64,000 bases of DNA. Origin: Eledone cirrhosa (lineage: Eukaryota). The notes under the pieces were generated by a model that searched no databases, was not told the origin of the DNA, and was given only the letters and a program-made list of their open reading frames with translations. Where the stretch lies: the NCBI GenBank assembly GCA_964016885.1, contig OZ024742.1, positions 33,728,001-33,792,000 of the forward strand, written 5' to 3'. Positions 39,270-52,134 of the stretch are shown here, piece by piece. Each line of letters opens with the position of its first letter. Position 1 is the stretch's first letter. The translations under genes were made by a program, and so were the position numbers.

Positions 39270-42200
39270 TAATAATTGTTTCTACTTTAGGCACAAGGCC
39301 AGCAATCACCCAGTTCATTACTGGTACTTTATTTTATCGACCCCGTAAGGATGAAAGGCAAAGTCAACCTCGGAGAGAACTTGTATAATAATAGCCACGT
39401 GTAAGTTATGAGGTTGTTAACGTTGGATAGGTAGATAGATAGATAGATATATAGATTGATAGATAGATAGATAGAGATAAAGAAGAAACTACGCGTTAAT
39501 AGATAAAGAAGAAACTACGCAGTGGTTATTGTTAAAACCAGTTCAATCCTGATAGAGCAGATCTATGATTAATGTCATTCCATTAGATTACCCAAGTCTC
39601 CATTATCGAATGTACTGCTTCCTAAGATAGTGGGGGTGTGATCTGAGGAGGATTTGACTGCTATATCTAGCAGGTCCAGTGACCACTTAGAGGTTCCATT
39701 TTTGGCTCACGTTGCAGTAGTAGAAGTAGTTTGGTATGACCTTCTTTTCGATATGGTCTTTGATGTTGATGCGTCTGGACTGGCTGTATGTGTTAATGAA
39801 TATGCCTGAGCATGTTTGACGATATGTTCTTACTTGGGCGTCATAATTATTAAAGAAAATGAAATTGCATAGCATTCATACTTCTCTGAAGACTGCATTT
39901 GCTGCACGAGCAATTAACCGAAAATAAATAATAATAGTAATGGCTTCTGATTTAGGCACTAGGACAACAATTTTGGAGTGGGAAAAGTCAATTAAATCGA
40001 CCTCAGTGCATTACTGGTACTTTATTTTATCGACCCTGTAATATTGAAAGGCAAAGCTAACCCCGGTGGGATTTGAAATCAAAACGTAAAGAGACATAAC
40101 TATATGCGACAATGCATGTTGTCCGACGCTCTACCGATACTACCAATCTACCGCCCTGTGATATAATTTATATCACAGATAAGGATGATAGATAAATTTG
40201 ACATCAGTGGGAGTTGAACTTACAGCATAATGAGCTGACATAAATGCTGCCAAAACATTTTCTTAAAAGATTCTGTCAATCAATTGCCATAGTTATGACA
40301 GTTGTTGGCATTCTTACGTCACCGGAGACTGATATATCGATTAATTTTGGTTTCAAATTCTATTAATTATTGATCTTCCTTTAACCTTTTAATACAGATT
40401 TCTAAAAAATAATTTTTAAAATTGAAAATGGTTAATTTTAATCAAATTAAACTAGGATTATATATATCTATGTTTATTTAAAAAAAACAATTTACACATA
40501 GTGTAGAATCTGCCTCCTCCTCCCTCCCTTCTTTTTTATTCACCCAAATTTTCTCTCTTCCTTATTGGACCCTCTACTACCGAGCTCCTCTGCATGATCG
40601 GAGCATCGGCGGCCCGTCTGAAGAGGGAGCCCCGCGAGGAAGGGTGGCCGTTGCAGCGGGTGCCACTAGCCATCGTTCGTGGGAATGCTTTTGTTGTCTT
40701 GTCAGCGGGACGCAGAACTTCTGCCCTCTTGCTCTAGGCCCAAAGCCCAACCACCCTCCCCTCTCTTCTGTGACACCAGAGCTCTTTTGGGGGAGAGGAA
40801 AGAGGATTCAATCGACCTCAGGGCATGACTGGTGCTTTGACTGACTATTTTATCGACCTCATAAGGATGAAAGGCAAAACAAACCTCGACGGGATTTGAA
40901 CTCAGAACGTAAAGGGCCGTAACTCTATGCTGCAAAGCAGGGTGTCTGCTGCTTTATCGATTCTGCCAATCCACCGCCCTTATCAGTCGATTAATAGCAA
41001 TAAATAAATAAAATAAACCCCTAACAGAGCGTAGTTTCGATCGACGGACCTCTGGGTTATGGGGCCAGCATGCTTCCACTGCGCCACTCTGCTACATGAG
41101 ATATATTTTAAAATATTATTGTATTCATGAATCATGTCGTTAAGTGATGTCTCAAGATTCAGCCAGATGAAATGAAAATCGATCGTTATTTATCGAACTA
41201 TAAAAACAAAGCTACCAATAGTCAGTCACTCCATTCTTAGAGTATGTGACTTTGAGTCATTATGTGATGTGGTATTACTGCTGATAATAATGGTTTCTAG
41301 TATAGGTACAAGGCCAGTAATTTGGAGAGAGGGGAATATCGATTAAATCGACTCCAGTGCATTACTGGTACTTTATTTCATTGATCCCGTAAGGATGAAA
41401 GGTAAAGTTAACCTCGGCGGGATTTGAACTCACTCCAATCCATCGCTCTTCTGCTGATAATAATAATAATGGTTTCTGATTTAGGCAGAAGGTCAACAAT
41501 TTTTGGGAACGATTATATCTACCCCAGTAGTTAACTGGTACTTTATTTTATCCACCACGGAAAGATAAAAGACCACCGGAGTTCCAATTCCGCTGAAGTC
41601 AACTTTGCTTGTCATCTTTCTAGGGTTGATAAAATAAAGTACTAGTCGAGTACTGGGTTGATTTAATCAACTTAGCCTTTCCTCTAATTGCTGGCCTTGT
41701 GTCAATTTTAGAAATAATTATTACTTGAAAAAGAAAATAAGAATTGTTTCTAATATAAACACAGGACCACAAATTTGTGGCAGAGTAATTAGTCGATAAA
41801 ACCAAGCCCAGTATATAACGTTTCAGACTGCTAAATATTAGGATTGACATAACCATTAAGGCGGCGAATTGGCAGAGTCGTTAGAACGTCGGATAGGATG
41901 CTTTATGGTATTCCTTCCGGCTCTCTGCTCTATGAGTTCAAATCCCACCGAGGTCAACTTTGCCTTTCATCCTTTCGAGATCGATATAAATTGTACCCGT
42001 CTAGTACTGGGGTCGATTCTTCCTCTATAGAGGAAGAACTAGAGAGGGTTGGGCTCTGCCAGGTCGACTTTTTCCTCACTCTAGAAGAAATCTGCTGTAC
42101 TCAGGCCTAGAGAGGGATGAGCTCCGCCAGGCTTAAAAAGGCCCAAGAAATGCCGTATGACAATACGGCGCCCCTACGACTCTATCAGGAGTTTCGAGAC

Positions 42201-42330
42201 CATACCACTAACCATTAGAGTATCAGACAAAATGATTTACAGAATTTAGTTACGCTTCTTTACATTCTAGATTCAAAATCCAACGTGTTGAACTTTAGTG
42301 AAATAAGTAACCAGAAAAATATTGCGGTCG
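39270..42330. mobile_element. Cluster of about nine tRNA-derived SINE copies/fragments in both orientations
   Basis: Recurrent actggtactttattttatcgaccc..aaggatgaaaggcaaagt..cctcggcgggatttgaactc at ~39270, 39940, 40170, 40730, 41290, 41465 (minus) and ~41580, 41860, 42210 (plus). The central segment resembles the Nin/Deu-type SINE domain (from memory). Confidence 0.8.
41022..41093 (-). tRNA. Initiator tRNA-Met(CAT), probably a pseudogene
   Basis: AGCAGAGTGGCGCAGTGGAAGCATGCTGGCCCCATAACCCAGAGGTCCGTCGATCGAAACTACGCTCTGTTA: A1-U72, ATCG T-loop, 72 nt, T-run downstream; mismatches in the D, anticodon and T stems. Confidence 0.88.
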
Positions 42331-42584
42331 ATATCAACTATACGCACTATACGCATCCTTAAGCACAAAGCCTTAGCCTATGTAACGAAAAAAAAAAAAA
42401 AAATCAATATCATAAACGTGAAGACAATTTTCAACCAGTAAAGTACGGATATAATTGGCAATAGTACAGAATGGAGTTTCTGAAAAACAGTCGGTATTTT
42501 CTTATAAACTCTGTAATTTAAAGCGGGCTTTTAGAAACATGGTAGATTTTAATTATACTTGAACCATTTTCAGATGATGCTAAC

Positions 42585-42765
42585 CAGTTTCTTTATTTCA
42601 TTCTTTCATTCTGTCTTTCTTTTATTCTTTCATTCTGTCTTTCTTTCATTCTTTCAATCTTTCTTGCTTTCAGTCTTTCATTCTTTCTTTCATTCTTTCT
42701 TTCTTTCTTTCTTTCTTTCTTCTTTCCTTCTGTTTGTATCTTCCTTTTTTCTTTCCTTGTTTCCT
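42585..42765. repeat. (TTTC/CATT)n low-complexity tract
   Basis: Directly visible. Confidence 0.9.
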
Positions 42766-42899
42766 CGTCTGACTGTCTCTCTTTGAGTGAAACAGCTTCG
42801 ACCGCGTAGTAATGTAATGAGTAGACTTTTCTACCATTTGAATGAACATACAATCAATCAATCTATCAATCAGTCAATCATTATATATATACATATCGC

Positions 42900-43003
42900 T
42901 TCGCTGAGCTGGCCAGCCGCAGGTGTGAGCCCCGCGTCTCCCTTGCCGTCTTCCGAGGAAACGCCTTCTCCATTCTGTTCGCCGGGGCTGTGGGTGGGCC
43001 CCA
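42900..43003 (+). mobile_element. CRE-like 3' fragment with internal deletion
   Basis: gctgagctggccagccgcaggtgtgagcc...gaggaaacgccttctccatt as in 49290-49400. Confidence 0.65.
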
Positions 43004-43912
43004 TCGCGTACCGTTGTAGTTGTTGTATACATATATTATATTACGTTGTAGTAGAAGCTGATATATATATATATATATATATGTATTAGATTCTGTAGTT
43101 GGAATACTCACTGACATGTGAGTTAAATTGGGTATACAGAAACTGTGTGGAAGCCCGTAATTCAGATATCAAGTGGTGCCACATATTGATTTGACTTGGA
43201 GAATACATTAAGGTAATACGTGTCTGCAGAATAATAAGTCAATTCCACTCTAATTTAATAAGTAATGAATATTATGAACGGATTATAGGGCACTCAATAG
43301 GTCTAGTAGAGGAAATATTGTTATTTTGTAATTTAAGTTGACAGACTTTCATGTTTTATGCCAGGAGGCATTCATCATATTATTTTTTTCCGGTCAGCAG
43401 GCTAGATGTTTAAATACTATGAATTATTTAATAGAAATAATATGAACATCAAAAACAGTTGTACTAAAAACATCTGTACTATCATAATATATAATCATAG
43501 CGGAAACATGGCCGATAGCACAACCCCCCCCCACACACACACAAAACAAAACAACGAAGGCGATACTAGGCCTATATAGTTTGTTTCTCGTTGGTGTCTA
43601 ATTACATTGATTATTTAAGAAGCAAAGGTCTCATTCTTACGTTGAAAGATAAAAATCATTGGTATGATGTGGATACCTTAATCACAGGCCCCCTTATGAA
43701 ATGTAAAAAATAAAGGCACACATTTGTTTTATCTAGTCACGAATGGCATCAGAAAGAAACTTATATATGTGGTACTAGTCTTTTATGTTGCCTATATATA
43801 TTTAGATTTTGTTGTTTTTATTAATGGCCATTGTGTCCGATTTCAGTTTATATTAGAAATTAAAACTTGTTTACTGTATTAGTTATCTTTAGAAGTTTTT
43901 ATTCATCGCGTC

Positions 43913-44034
43913 CTTTATTCCGGAGAGAGGAATAAAAGGTTTTTATTCCGGAGAGAGGAATAAAAGGTTTTTATTCCGGAGAGAGGAATAAAAGGTTTTT
44001 ATTCCGGAGAAAGGAATAAAAGGTTTTTATTCCG
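43913..44034. repeat. 28-bp tandem repeat (~4.3 copies), each unit a hairpin
   Basis: ttttattcc ggagaga ggaataaaa ggt. Confidence 0.92.
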
Positions 44035-44514
44035 CCAACCTAAATTATAGAAGAAATAACTGCAATTTTAAAATAAAGAGATACTCTTCCGCCAATTTAT
44101 GCGAAGTTGAATTATTGAATTCCAGAGCTATGGTCTCATTCCTCGGAGACACACAATCATATACCAGAATATAAGATTCGGTATTTAAATCTTTAGACAC
44201 AAAGAAACATTAAATACCACAGCATTATGAAACTATATATGGTATTTGAAATATATACGACATTGACAACTTTAATATCACCTGCTTTATGATGAACTTC
44301 AGTAACGAGTACTCTTTCACGTGCATATTAGGGTGGCCTAAAATAAATTTCCCTTCCATCCTCACCAAACAACAGAGACCTTAAACAAGGGATCACAATT
44401 ACTTTTTAACTACCCACATAAGATTATATCCTATATTATCAACCACAAGAGAGCTATCGAGCCAGATTATATGTAAACTATCAAGCAACCAGAATTTCGC
44501 GGACTATCATTCCA

Positions 44515-45146
44515 TATTAAAACTAAACCAGAGATCAGCAAAGTAATGTTCAAAACTAAACCAGAGATCAGCAAAGTAATGTTCAAAACTAAACCAGAGA
44601 TCAGCAAAGTAATGTTCAAAACTAAACCAGAGATCAGCAAAGTGATTTTCAAAACTAAACCAGAGATTAACAAGGTGATGTTCAAAACTAAACCAGAGAT
44701 TAACAAGGTGATGTTCAAAACTAAGCCAGAGATTAACAAGGTGATGTTCAAAACTAAACCAGAGATCAATAAAGTGATGTTCAAAACTAAACCAGAGATC
44801 AGCAAAGTAATGTTCAAAACTAAATCAGAGATCAATAAAGTGATGTTCAAAACTAAACCAGAGATCAGCAAAGTGATGTTCAAAACTAAACCAGAGATTA
44901 ACAAAGTGATGTTCAAAACTAAACCAGAGATTAACCAAGTGATGTTCAAAACTAAACCAGAGATCAACAAAGTGATGTTCAAAACTAAACCAGAGATCAA
45001 CAAAGTGATGTTCAAAACTAAACCAGAGATCAACAAAGTGATGTTCAAAACTAAACCAGAAATTAACCAAGTGGTGTTCAAAACTAAACCAGAGATCAAC
45101 AAAGTGATGTTCAAAACTAAACCAGAGATCAATAAAGTGATGTTCA
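44515..45146. repeat. 33-bp minisatellite (~19 copies)
   Basis: Unit aaagtgatgttcaaaactaaaccagagatcaac; no spacers. Confidence 0.95.
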
Positions 45147-45600
45147 ATGCAGATAAAATCGACTGTGGTAGTTATTTATTCTTCTAGTCAGTCCCAACTG
45201 TAGATTATCTTAGGACAAGAACATGAAACTCTGTGTAATGGAATGCTGTAACCTGGAACTATACCAGTCTAGATTAAATATATTCTATGAAAGGTATTGA
45301 ATTATTTTTTATAGTGTTCTCAAGTTTTACTGTGTGCGTAATAAAAGCTACAAAAACGCTACTGCTAACCCATGTATGTTATCTCTTTCTCTTAATTTCG
45401 AGTATATTTTTTTGATGTATGTATGTATGTATGTATGTATGTATGTATGTATGTATGTATGTATGTATGTATGTATGTATGTATGTATGTATGTATGTAT
45501 GTGCATATGTATGAATGTATGAATGTATGTGCATATGTATGAATGTATGTATGTATATATTTATGTATGTATGTATGTATGTATGTATGTATGTATGTAT

Positions 45601-45802
45601 GGAGATCTCTCTGCATTTGTCCTCACATGGTACCATGGGCCCAGCACTATGTGTCAATAATTGTCACAAGTGCAGTGTTTGTACCAGAGTTTTCAATACT
45701 CTGGCTGGACTAAAAAGTCACACTCGTTCAGCGCATCAGTAGGGGTTCTCCTACATGGATATAAAGTAGTGGCCGTACTCGAAAACGAGTTGGCAGCCAC
45801 CA
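45601..45802 (+). mobile_element. RTE-derived element 3' fragment (a tiny family B 3' end lies at 45378-45414)
   Basis: Zinc-finger remnant and (TGTA)n tail. Confidence 0.82.
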
Positions 45803-45922
45803 TGTATGTATGTATGTATGTATGTATGTATGTATGTATGTATGTATGTATGTATGTATGTATGTATGTATGTATGTCAATATGTCTGTATGTATGCATG
45901 CCTATATGTATGTCTATATGTG

Positions 45923-46722
45923 TCTCCCTTTCTCTTAATTTCGAGTATATTTTTGACCGGCCACCTTCCTGGTGGCAAGGTTGTAAAAGAAAAGAAATTG
46001 TCATCCCTTAAATCGCAAGAATGTTTTGCAAACTTTGAAGGTGCCAGCTATCGCAGCCATTTGACTATGAATTAGGGAGCTGCGCTCTTTGTCCGCAAAT
46101 CCAAGGTCAGTTATACATTGGTCCAAGCGGGTTGGTATATAACCCGTAGCTCCAATAATGATGGGTGTGAAGCTAAAGGTGTATCTTAGATACTGGATTT
46201 GTAAACTCCTCATCAATGGTCCGTAGATGTCCTCCTTCTCCTCTATTATTCTGACAACGTTTACATCAAGTGGGCAGCTGATCACAACAGAACACGTTTT
46301 CAATGTGTGGTCCCAAACAACAATATCAGGCCGGTCGTGCTTTAATTTGGTGGCAGTTTTTATTTTCAGGTTCCACCAGTATTCCTTAGTGCCATCTGTC
46401 TCAATATATTCTTCCTCGTTTGTTGTTAATTTTGTTTTCCGAAGTGCGTTCCAGATGGTTCTAGCTATCCCATCGTGTCTCATGGGGAGGTAGTAGCGAG
46501 ATGACATTCTTTCGCAGCTGGCAACAATGTGGCTTACATCTTTGTTTTACATAGCCTACATTTATTGTCAGCTGCTGGCCCTCCTCTTTTGTGCAGCAGA
46601 TATTTGGTAGGGAGTTCTTGTTCTTGTATTGCATAGAGATATCCCTCAAGGTGTGATGACATAAACTTGTCGGAACTCCATGACAGGGTTTTTGAGTGGT
46701 TTATCCCCTCTATGGTCTGTGT
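45923..46722 (-). mobile_element. R4-like family B, longest copy (CCHC remnant, RHD, RLE)
   Basis: MSSRYYLPMRHDGIA...EYWWN...HDRPDIVVWD...KEDIY. Confidence 0.87.
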
Positions 46723-46802
46723 TATGTATGTATGTATGTATGTATGTATGTATGTATGTATGTATGTATGTATGTATGTATGTATGTATGTATGTATGTA
46801 TG

Positions 46803-48080
46803 TTCTTCTGGTTTTATAATTTCACAAAGTTTTACCAATAGAGAGAGAGTCGGTTTCTAACATAGACACAAGACTCTCTCATTGGAATTTACACAACATC
46901 AACTAGGTAGATATGTATGTATGTCTGCATGCATGCATGTGTAGATATAGATGTTATTGTATGTGTGGATGTGTATGTTTTGAGTTGTATGTGTGCATGT
47001 GTATATGATTTGTGTCTGTACATGTGTATATGCAGTTATTAGATGCAACATTTTTGGAATGTTTTACATATTTTTACTGTTCCATTAATGGATTGTACTT
47101 GTAATTTCCTAACTAGTTGTGTTCTTTCTATTCCTGTGAAGCCGAGATTCTCAAGATTTGTATTGAGGCAGTTACTAACATATCCCAGTGCCCCAATAAT
47201 CACAGGCATAAATCTGAAGGTGTAATCAGGGTGGAGTATCTGCAGATTTCTCATAAGTTCTGCATAAATATTCTCCTTTTCACTAATCTTTAATATTATA
47301 TTGGCATCTGCTGGGCAGCTAATTTCCACTACTGAGCATGCTTTCTTCTCCCTGTCCCATATCATAATATCTGGTCTGTTATGCCTGCATTTTATTGGGG
47401 TTTTTACTGGAACATTCCACCAGTACTCTTTCATATTATGTACATGGATGTCTTCCACATTGTTGTAGCTTTTAATGTGTTTATCATCGGGGCTATCCTT
47501 TTTACGAACTGCATTGTACAGTGTTTTGGTCATTACATCATGCCTCATAGGTAGATAGTACCGCGATGACATCTCTGGGCAGCTGCTGCTGACATGGGTG
47601 ATATCCTCGATGTTAGTTCTGCAGAGTCTGCACTTGTTATCACATCTAGGTGTTTTGCCTGCATCCCTATCTCTTTTGTGAATCAGGTATTTCGTGTTAA
47701 TTTCTTGCAGCCAATATAGTGGTTGTTGGTCCAAGATAGACTACTTTCCTTATCTATATTACTCCGACTCTGGAGCTTCCTGGCAACATATCCATGCATG
47801 ATTTTTTGCTGATAAGCATGCAGTTTTTCATCCATGGATTCACTGCGATACTGTTGAGCGACATCCCTGGGTGTGAGTTTTTGATTATCACACAGGGAAT
47901 ATCTCTCGAGGAGTTTCTTCCCAACTCTCATGATCTTATCTGTTTCAGGCTGATAGACTTGCTCGAGAAACGAGCTCCTACGCTTCGAGGTTCGTAGATG
48001 TTGTCGGAGAGATAAGATGCGACATTCAAATATTGACGGAGAGATATGTTGCGACATGTCGGAGAGATATGATGCGACAT
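46803..48080 (-). mobile_element. 5'-truncated R4-like family A copy
   Basis: ORF 47039-47734 matches the RLE domain; (TATG)n flanks; short duplication at the 5' junction. Confidence 0.9.
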
Positions 48081-48145
48081 GTATGTATGTATGTATGTAT
48101 GTATGTATGTATGTATGTATGTATGTATGTATGTATGTATGTACG

Positions 48146-48535
48146 GCAGATATGACCCCTTAGCTTTTGTCAAGGGAGAATTCTAGGAGAAGGAAAACTC
48201 TGATATAACACCTGCAACCCTGTTGGTATCCATTGATGTTCACTTGTTCTTCTTTTTGGTAAATATCATCTTGGTTAAGAGAGTGGGACTGGCTTTGTGC
48301 AGTGCCTTTGCTCACTATAAAAGCTTCACGGCACAGGCATTGCTTTATATCTGGAGATCTCTCTGCACTTTTCATCACATGGTGTGTCAGTAATTGTCAC
48401 AAATGTAGTGTTTGTACCAGAGTTTTCAAGTCGCTGGCTGGACTGAAAAGTCACACTCGTTCAGCGCATCGGTAGGGGTTCTTCTACATGGATATAAAGT
48501 AGTGGCCGTACTCGAAAACGAGTTGGCAGCCATCA
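48146..48535 (+). mobile_element. 5'-truncated RTE-derived element
   Basis: Matches 12335-12741. Confidence 0.85.
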
Positions 48536-49119
48536 TGTATGTATGTATGTATGTATGTATGTATGTATGTATGTATGTATGTATGTATGTATGTATGTAT
48601 GTATGTATGTATTTATGTATGTATAAAACTATATATATATGTATGTATGTATCTATATATGTATGTGTGTGCCTGTGTAAATTGAAATGGAACCGTCTTA
48701 ATGATATTGTATGAGGAACAAAACGTACGTCAGTTTTAACGATTTTATATTGTTTTACAATATTACTATTTATTAATAGATTTACGAAAGCATTTATTAA
48801 TGTAAAAAATCAATGACAAAATCTGTTCTTTTCTGAGCGTTCATATCATGTTTCCTTCTTATTAAAAATGCGTAGGAATCATCATGAATCAAAGGGCAAT
48901 TTAAATTCCCAGCAAATTTAGAAGGAAGTTGTCTAAATAATTGAAATGACTTTAGTACATGGCTGCTAGTTATTTTATCATCGATCGCAAAGTGATTAAA
49001 GTACAAAATTATAAAATCTAGTGAAATTGATATGTTTGTCGTCCATAAAACTACCTAATCTGACTGACACCAAAGATGACACGTAGTGGGATCGAATCTA
49101 GGACCTAACGTCTTAACCC

Positions 49120-49450
49120 CTCGTCTGGGATGCCACTTGCAGCGACACTTTCTCCAGCCGCAACCTGCGACTAACCCAGGTTCAGCTGCACTTCGGTCAC
49201 TCTGCGACAGGTTCGCGGTCGTGCCCTTGGCAGTGGAGACTTCTGGTGTCCTTGGCCCTAGGGATACCTCCCTACTTACCTCCATAGGCGCTGAGCTGGC
49301 CAGCTGCAGGTGTGAGCCTCGCGAGATGGAATGGCTCTTCCAGCGCATCTCCTTTACCATCCTCCGAGGAAACGCCTTCTCCATTATGTCCGCCGGGGAT
49401 GCGGGGAGGCCAGCACATGGGACCCTATTTGCTCACCATACGGATTAAGA
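49120..49450 (+). mobile_element. CRE-clade-like LINE 3' fragment
   Basis: RFAVVPLAVETSGVLGP...EPREMEWLFQRISFTILRGNA. Confidence 0.72.
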
Positions 49451-50011
49451 CATATAACCTCTCTTTTTCTTTTAATTACAATAAATTGCATTCAGTAATA
49501 AAACATATTAGAATATATACACACATAAACCAGACGCGGAAAATGTCTTAACAACACGGCCATACTGTAAATGTGGGTAGAAATATGTGAGTATTTGGAG
49601 GAAATGGAGGTTGATAGATAAACAGTAAACGATAAGGGCTCTGTTTGGTCATTACAGGGCAATTCTGCAACCATGAGTAACCAACCATGGGTTTGGCTCT
49701 CCTTGGCACAAATTTGCGTAGGGTAGTTATTGGAAGACTACCAGTCGCCCAAGCTTGCAAGTCTTCCCACTCATATCACGAATGTTATACCAGGCATAAG
49801 CAAAGGCCAATACAGCTTGGTACCGGTGTCATCACAACTGGGAGGACTGAAGGAACATAAAGTATCTTGCTCAAAGACATAACTCGCTGCCCGACCCGGG
49901 AATCAAACTCACGACCTTACGATCGTAAACCGGCATACTAACCACTAAGACACGAGCCTTCAATAGATAAATCGATAGGTAGACAAATTATAGACTTCAA
50001 TAAACAGATCG

Positions 50012-50203
<192 letters not shown>

Positions 50204-50389
50204 ATAATAAAGTATATATCCCTACACGCACAAAGCGCATAGAGACACATGTATTGTCCAACCATATGCCAATGTGGTTCAATGGCAGGTTAATAAATTA
50301 ACGAGCCAGAACATATATAATCAAGGTTTAGCAAATAAGAAAAAGTTTCAAAATAAATTAAAAAAAATTAACTTTACTCACTATGGTTA

Positions 50390-50473
50390 CCTTTACCGAA
50401 TCGGTTTCGAGTTTCAAAAATAAATGGACAGTCCTTACGGCATCCATTGCAAAGAAAAACTCTCGTCAGAAGG
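50390..50473 (-). ncRNA. Mirror hammerhead copy
   Basis: Reverse complement of 50770-50853. Confidence 0.82.
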
Positions 50474-50769
50474 ATCTTTTCACTTGGAGAATATAACATT
50501 CCCGAGTTCAAATTACGAACTGGCCCTATTCATATATACTTTATTATTATTATTATTATTCTCCTCTTGGTCGAGAAAAAAATTTGGTCGTTCTGACTGC
50601 TGCTAGTTATAGTGGTAGCAAAATGACCTCCCTGCCTTGGCTTCTATCTTTACACACGACACTTGAAGGAATTGCTCCCACATCATTTACTCTCATCTCG
50701 GGAACAATTTTGAATAGCGCCAGAACGTAATTTGAACTCGTGAATTTTATATTCTCCAAGAGAAAAGAT

Positions 50770-50853
50770 CCTTCTGACGAGAGTTTTTCTTTGCAATGGA
50801 TGCCGTAAGGACTGTCCATTTATTTTTGAAACTCGAAACCGATTCGGTAAAGG
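50770..50853 (+). ncRNA. Type I hammerhead with extended stem II
   Basis: cctt-CTGACGA-gagttt..aatgga..tccatt..aaactc-GAAACCGATTCGGTA-aagg; GUA site. Confidence 0.82.
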
Positions 50854-50921
50854 TAACCATAGTGAGTAAAGTTAATTTTTTAAAATTTATTTTGAAACTT
50901 TTTCTTATTTGCTAAACCTTG

Positions 50922-50967
<46 letters not shown>

Positions 50968-50986
50968 GTATTGTAGTAACAACACC

Positions 50987-51070
<84 letters not shown>

Positions 51071-51386
51071 CATAGGTATTGTAGTAACAACATAGCAGTG
51101 TACTGATCAAGAGGAAAAGATTCAGAGCCACTTTAGTATAGAACGAAAGTACTTCTCAAATGAAATAATCAAATACTTTATAACATAGACGTCGATTATA
51201 CCGAAAAAGCTAAAAATCGATAATGTCACAGAACTGATCAAGCGGTGAGCTGACAGAATATCGATTAAATCGTTATTGAGCGAGAAATGGACAAAGCTAT
51301 GATGAGACGACAACACTGGCTTGAAGGAGAACAAAACAAAATGATTTTGGTCCTAATGATGTGAATGATATCAAATCGATTAATGC

Positions 51387-51417
<31 letters not shown>

Positions 51418-51562
51418 TGTATGTATGTATGTATGTATGTATGTATGTATGTATGTATGTATGTATGTATGTATGTATGTATGCATGTATGCATGTATGT
51501 ATGCATGTATGTATGTATGCTTGTATGTATGTATGTATGCATGTATGTATGTATGTATGTAT

Positions 51563-52103
51563 GATGACCCCTTAGCCTTTGTCAAGGCAGAATTCTAGGA
51601 GAAGGAAAACTCTGATATAACACCTGCAACCCTGATGGTATCCAATGATGTTGACATGTTCTTCTTTTTGGTAAATATCATCTTGGTTAAGAGAGTGGGA
51701 CTGGCTTTGTGCAGTGCCTTTGCTCACTATAAAAGCTTCACGGCACAGGCATTGCTTTATATCTGGAGATCTCTCTGCACTTGTTGTCACATGGTACCAT
51801 GGGCCCAGCACTATGTGTCAATAATTGTCACAAGTGTAGTGTTTGTACCAGAGTTTTCAAGTCGTTGGCTGGACTAAAAAGTCACACTCGTTCAGCGCTT
51901 CGGTAGGGGTTCTCCTCCATGGATATAAAGTAGTGACCGTACTCGAAAACGAGTTGGCAGCCACCATGTATGTATGTATGTATGTATGTATGTATATATG
52001 TTTGTTTGTAAATATGTATGTCTCTATGTATGTATGTATGTATGTATGTATGTATGTATTTATGTATGTATGTATGTATGTATGTATGTATGTTTGTTTG
52101 TAA

Positions 52104-52134
<31 letters not shown>

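Larger units (their letters stand above)
50313..50927. mobile_element. Fold-back PLE-like remnant with two inverted hammerheads, next to (TA)n
   Basis: 50313-50530 mirrors 50712-50927 (both give the MDSPYGIHCKEKLSSEGSF pseudo-ORF). Confidence 0.82.

Noticed and set aside
40605-40665. cccgt-CTGAAGA...GAAG...gcggg as a hammerhead
   Set aside because: No GAAA, no credible stem II or III, and no UH site.
44515-45146. CRISPR-like array (33-bp period)
   Set aside because: Units are contiguous with no unique spacers, there are no cas genes, and the context is eukaryotic.
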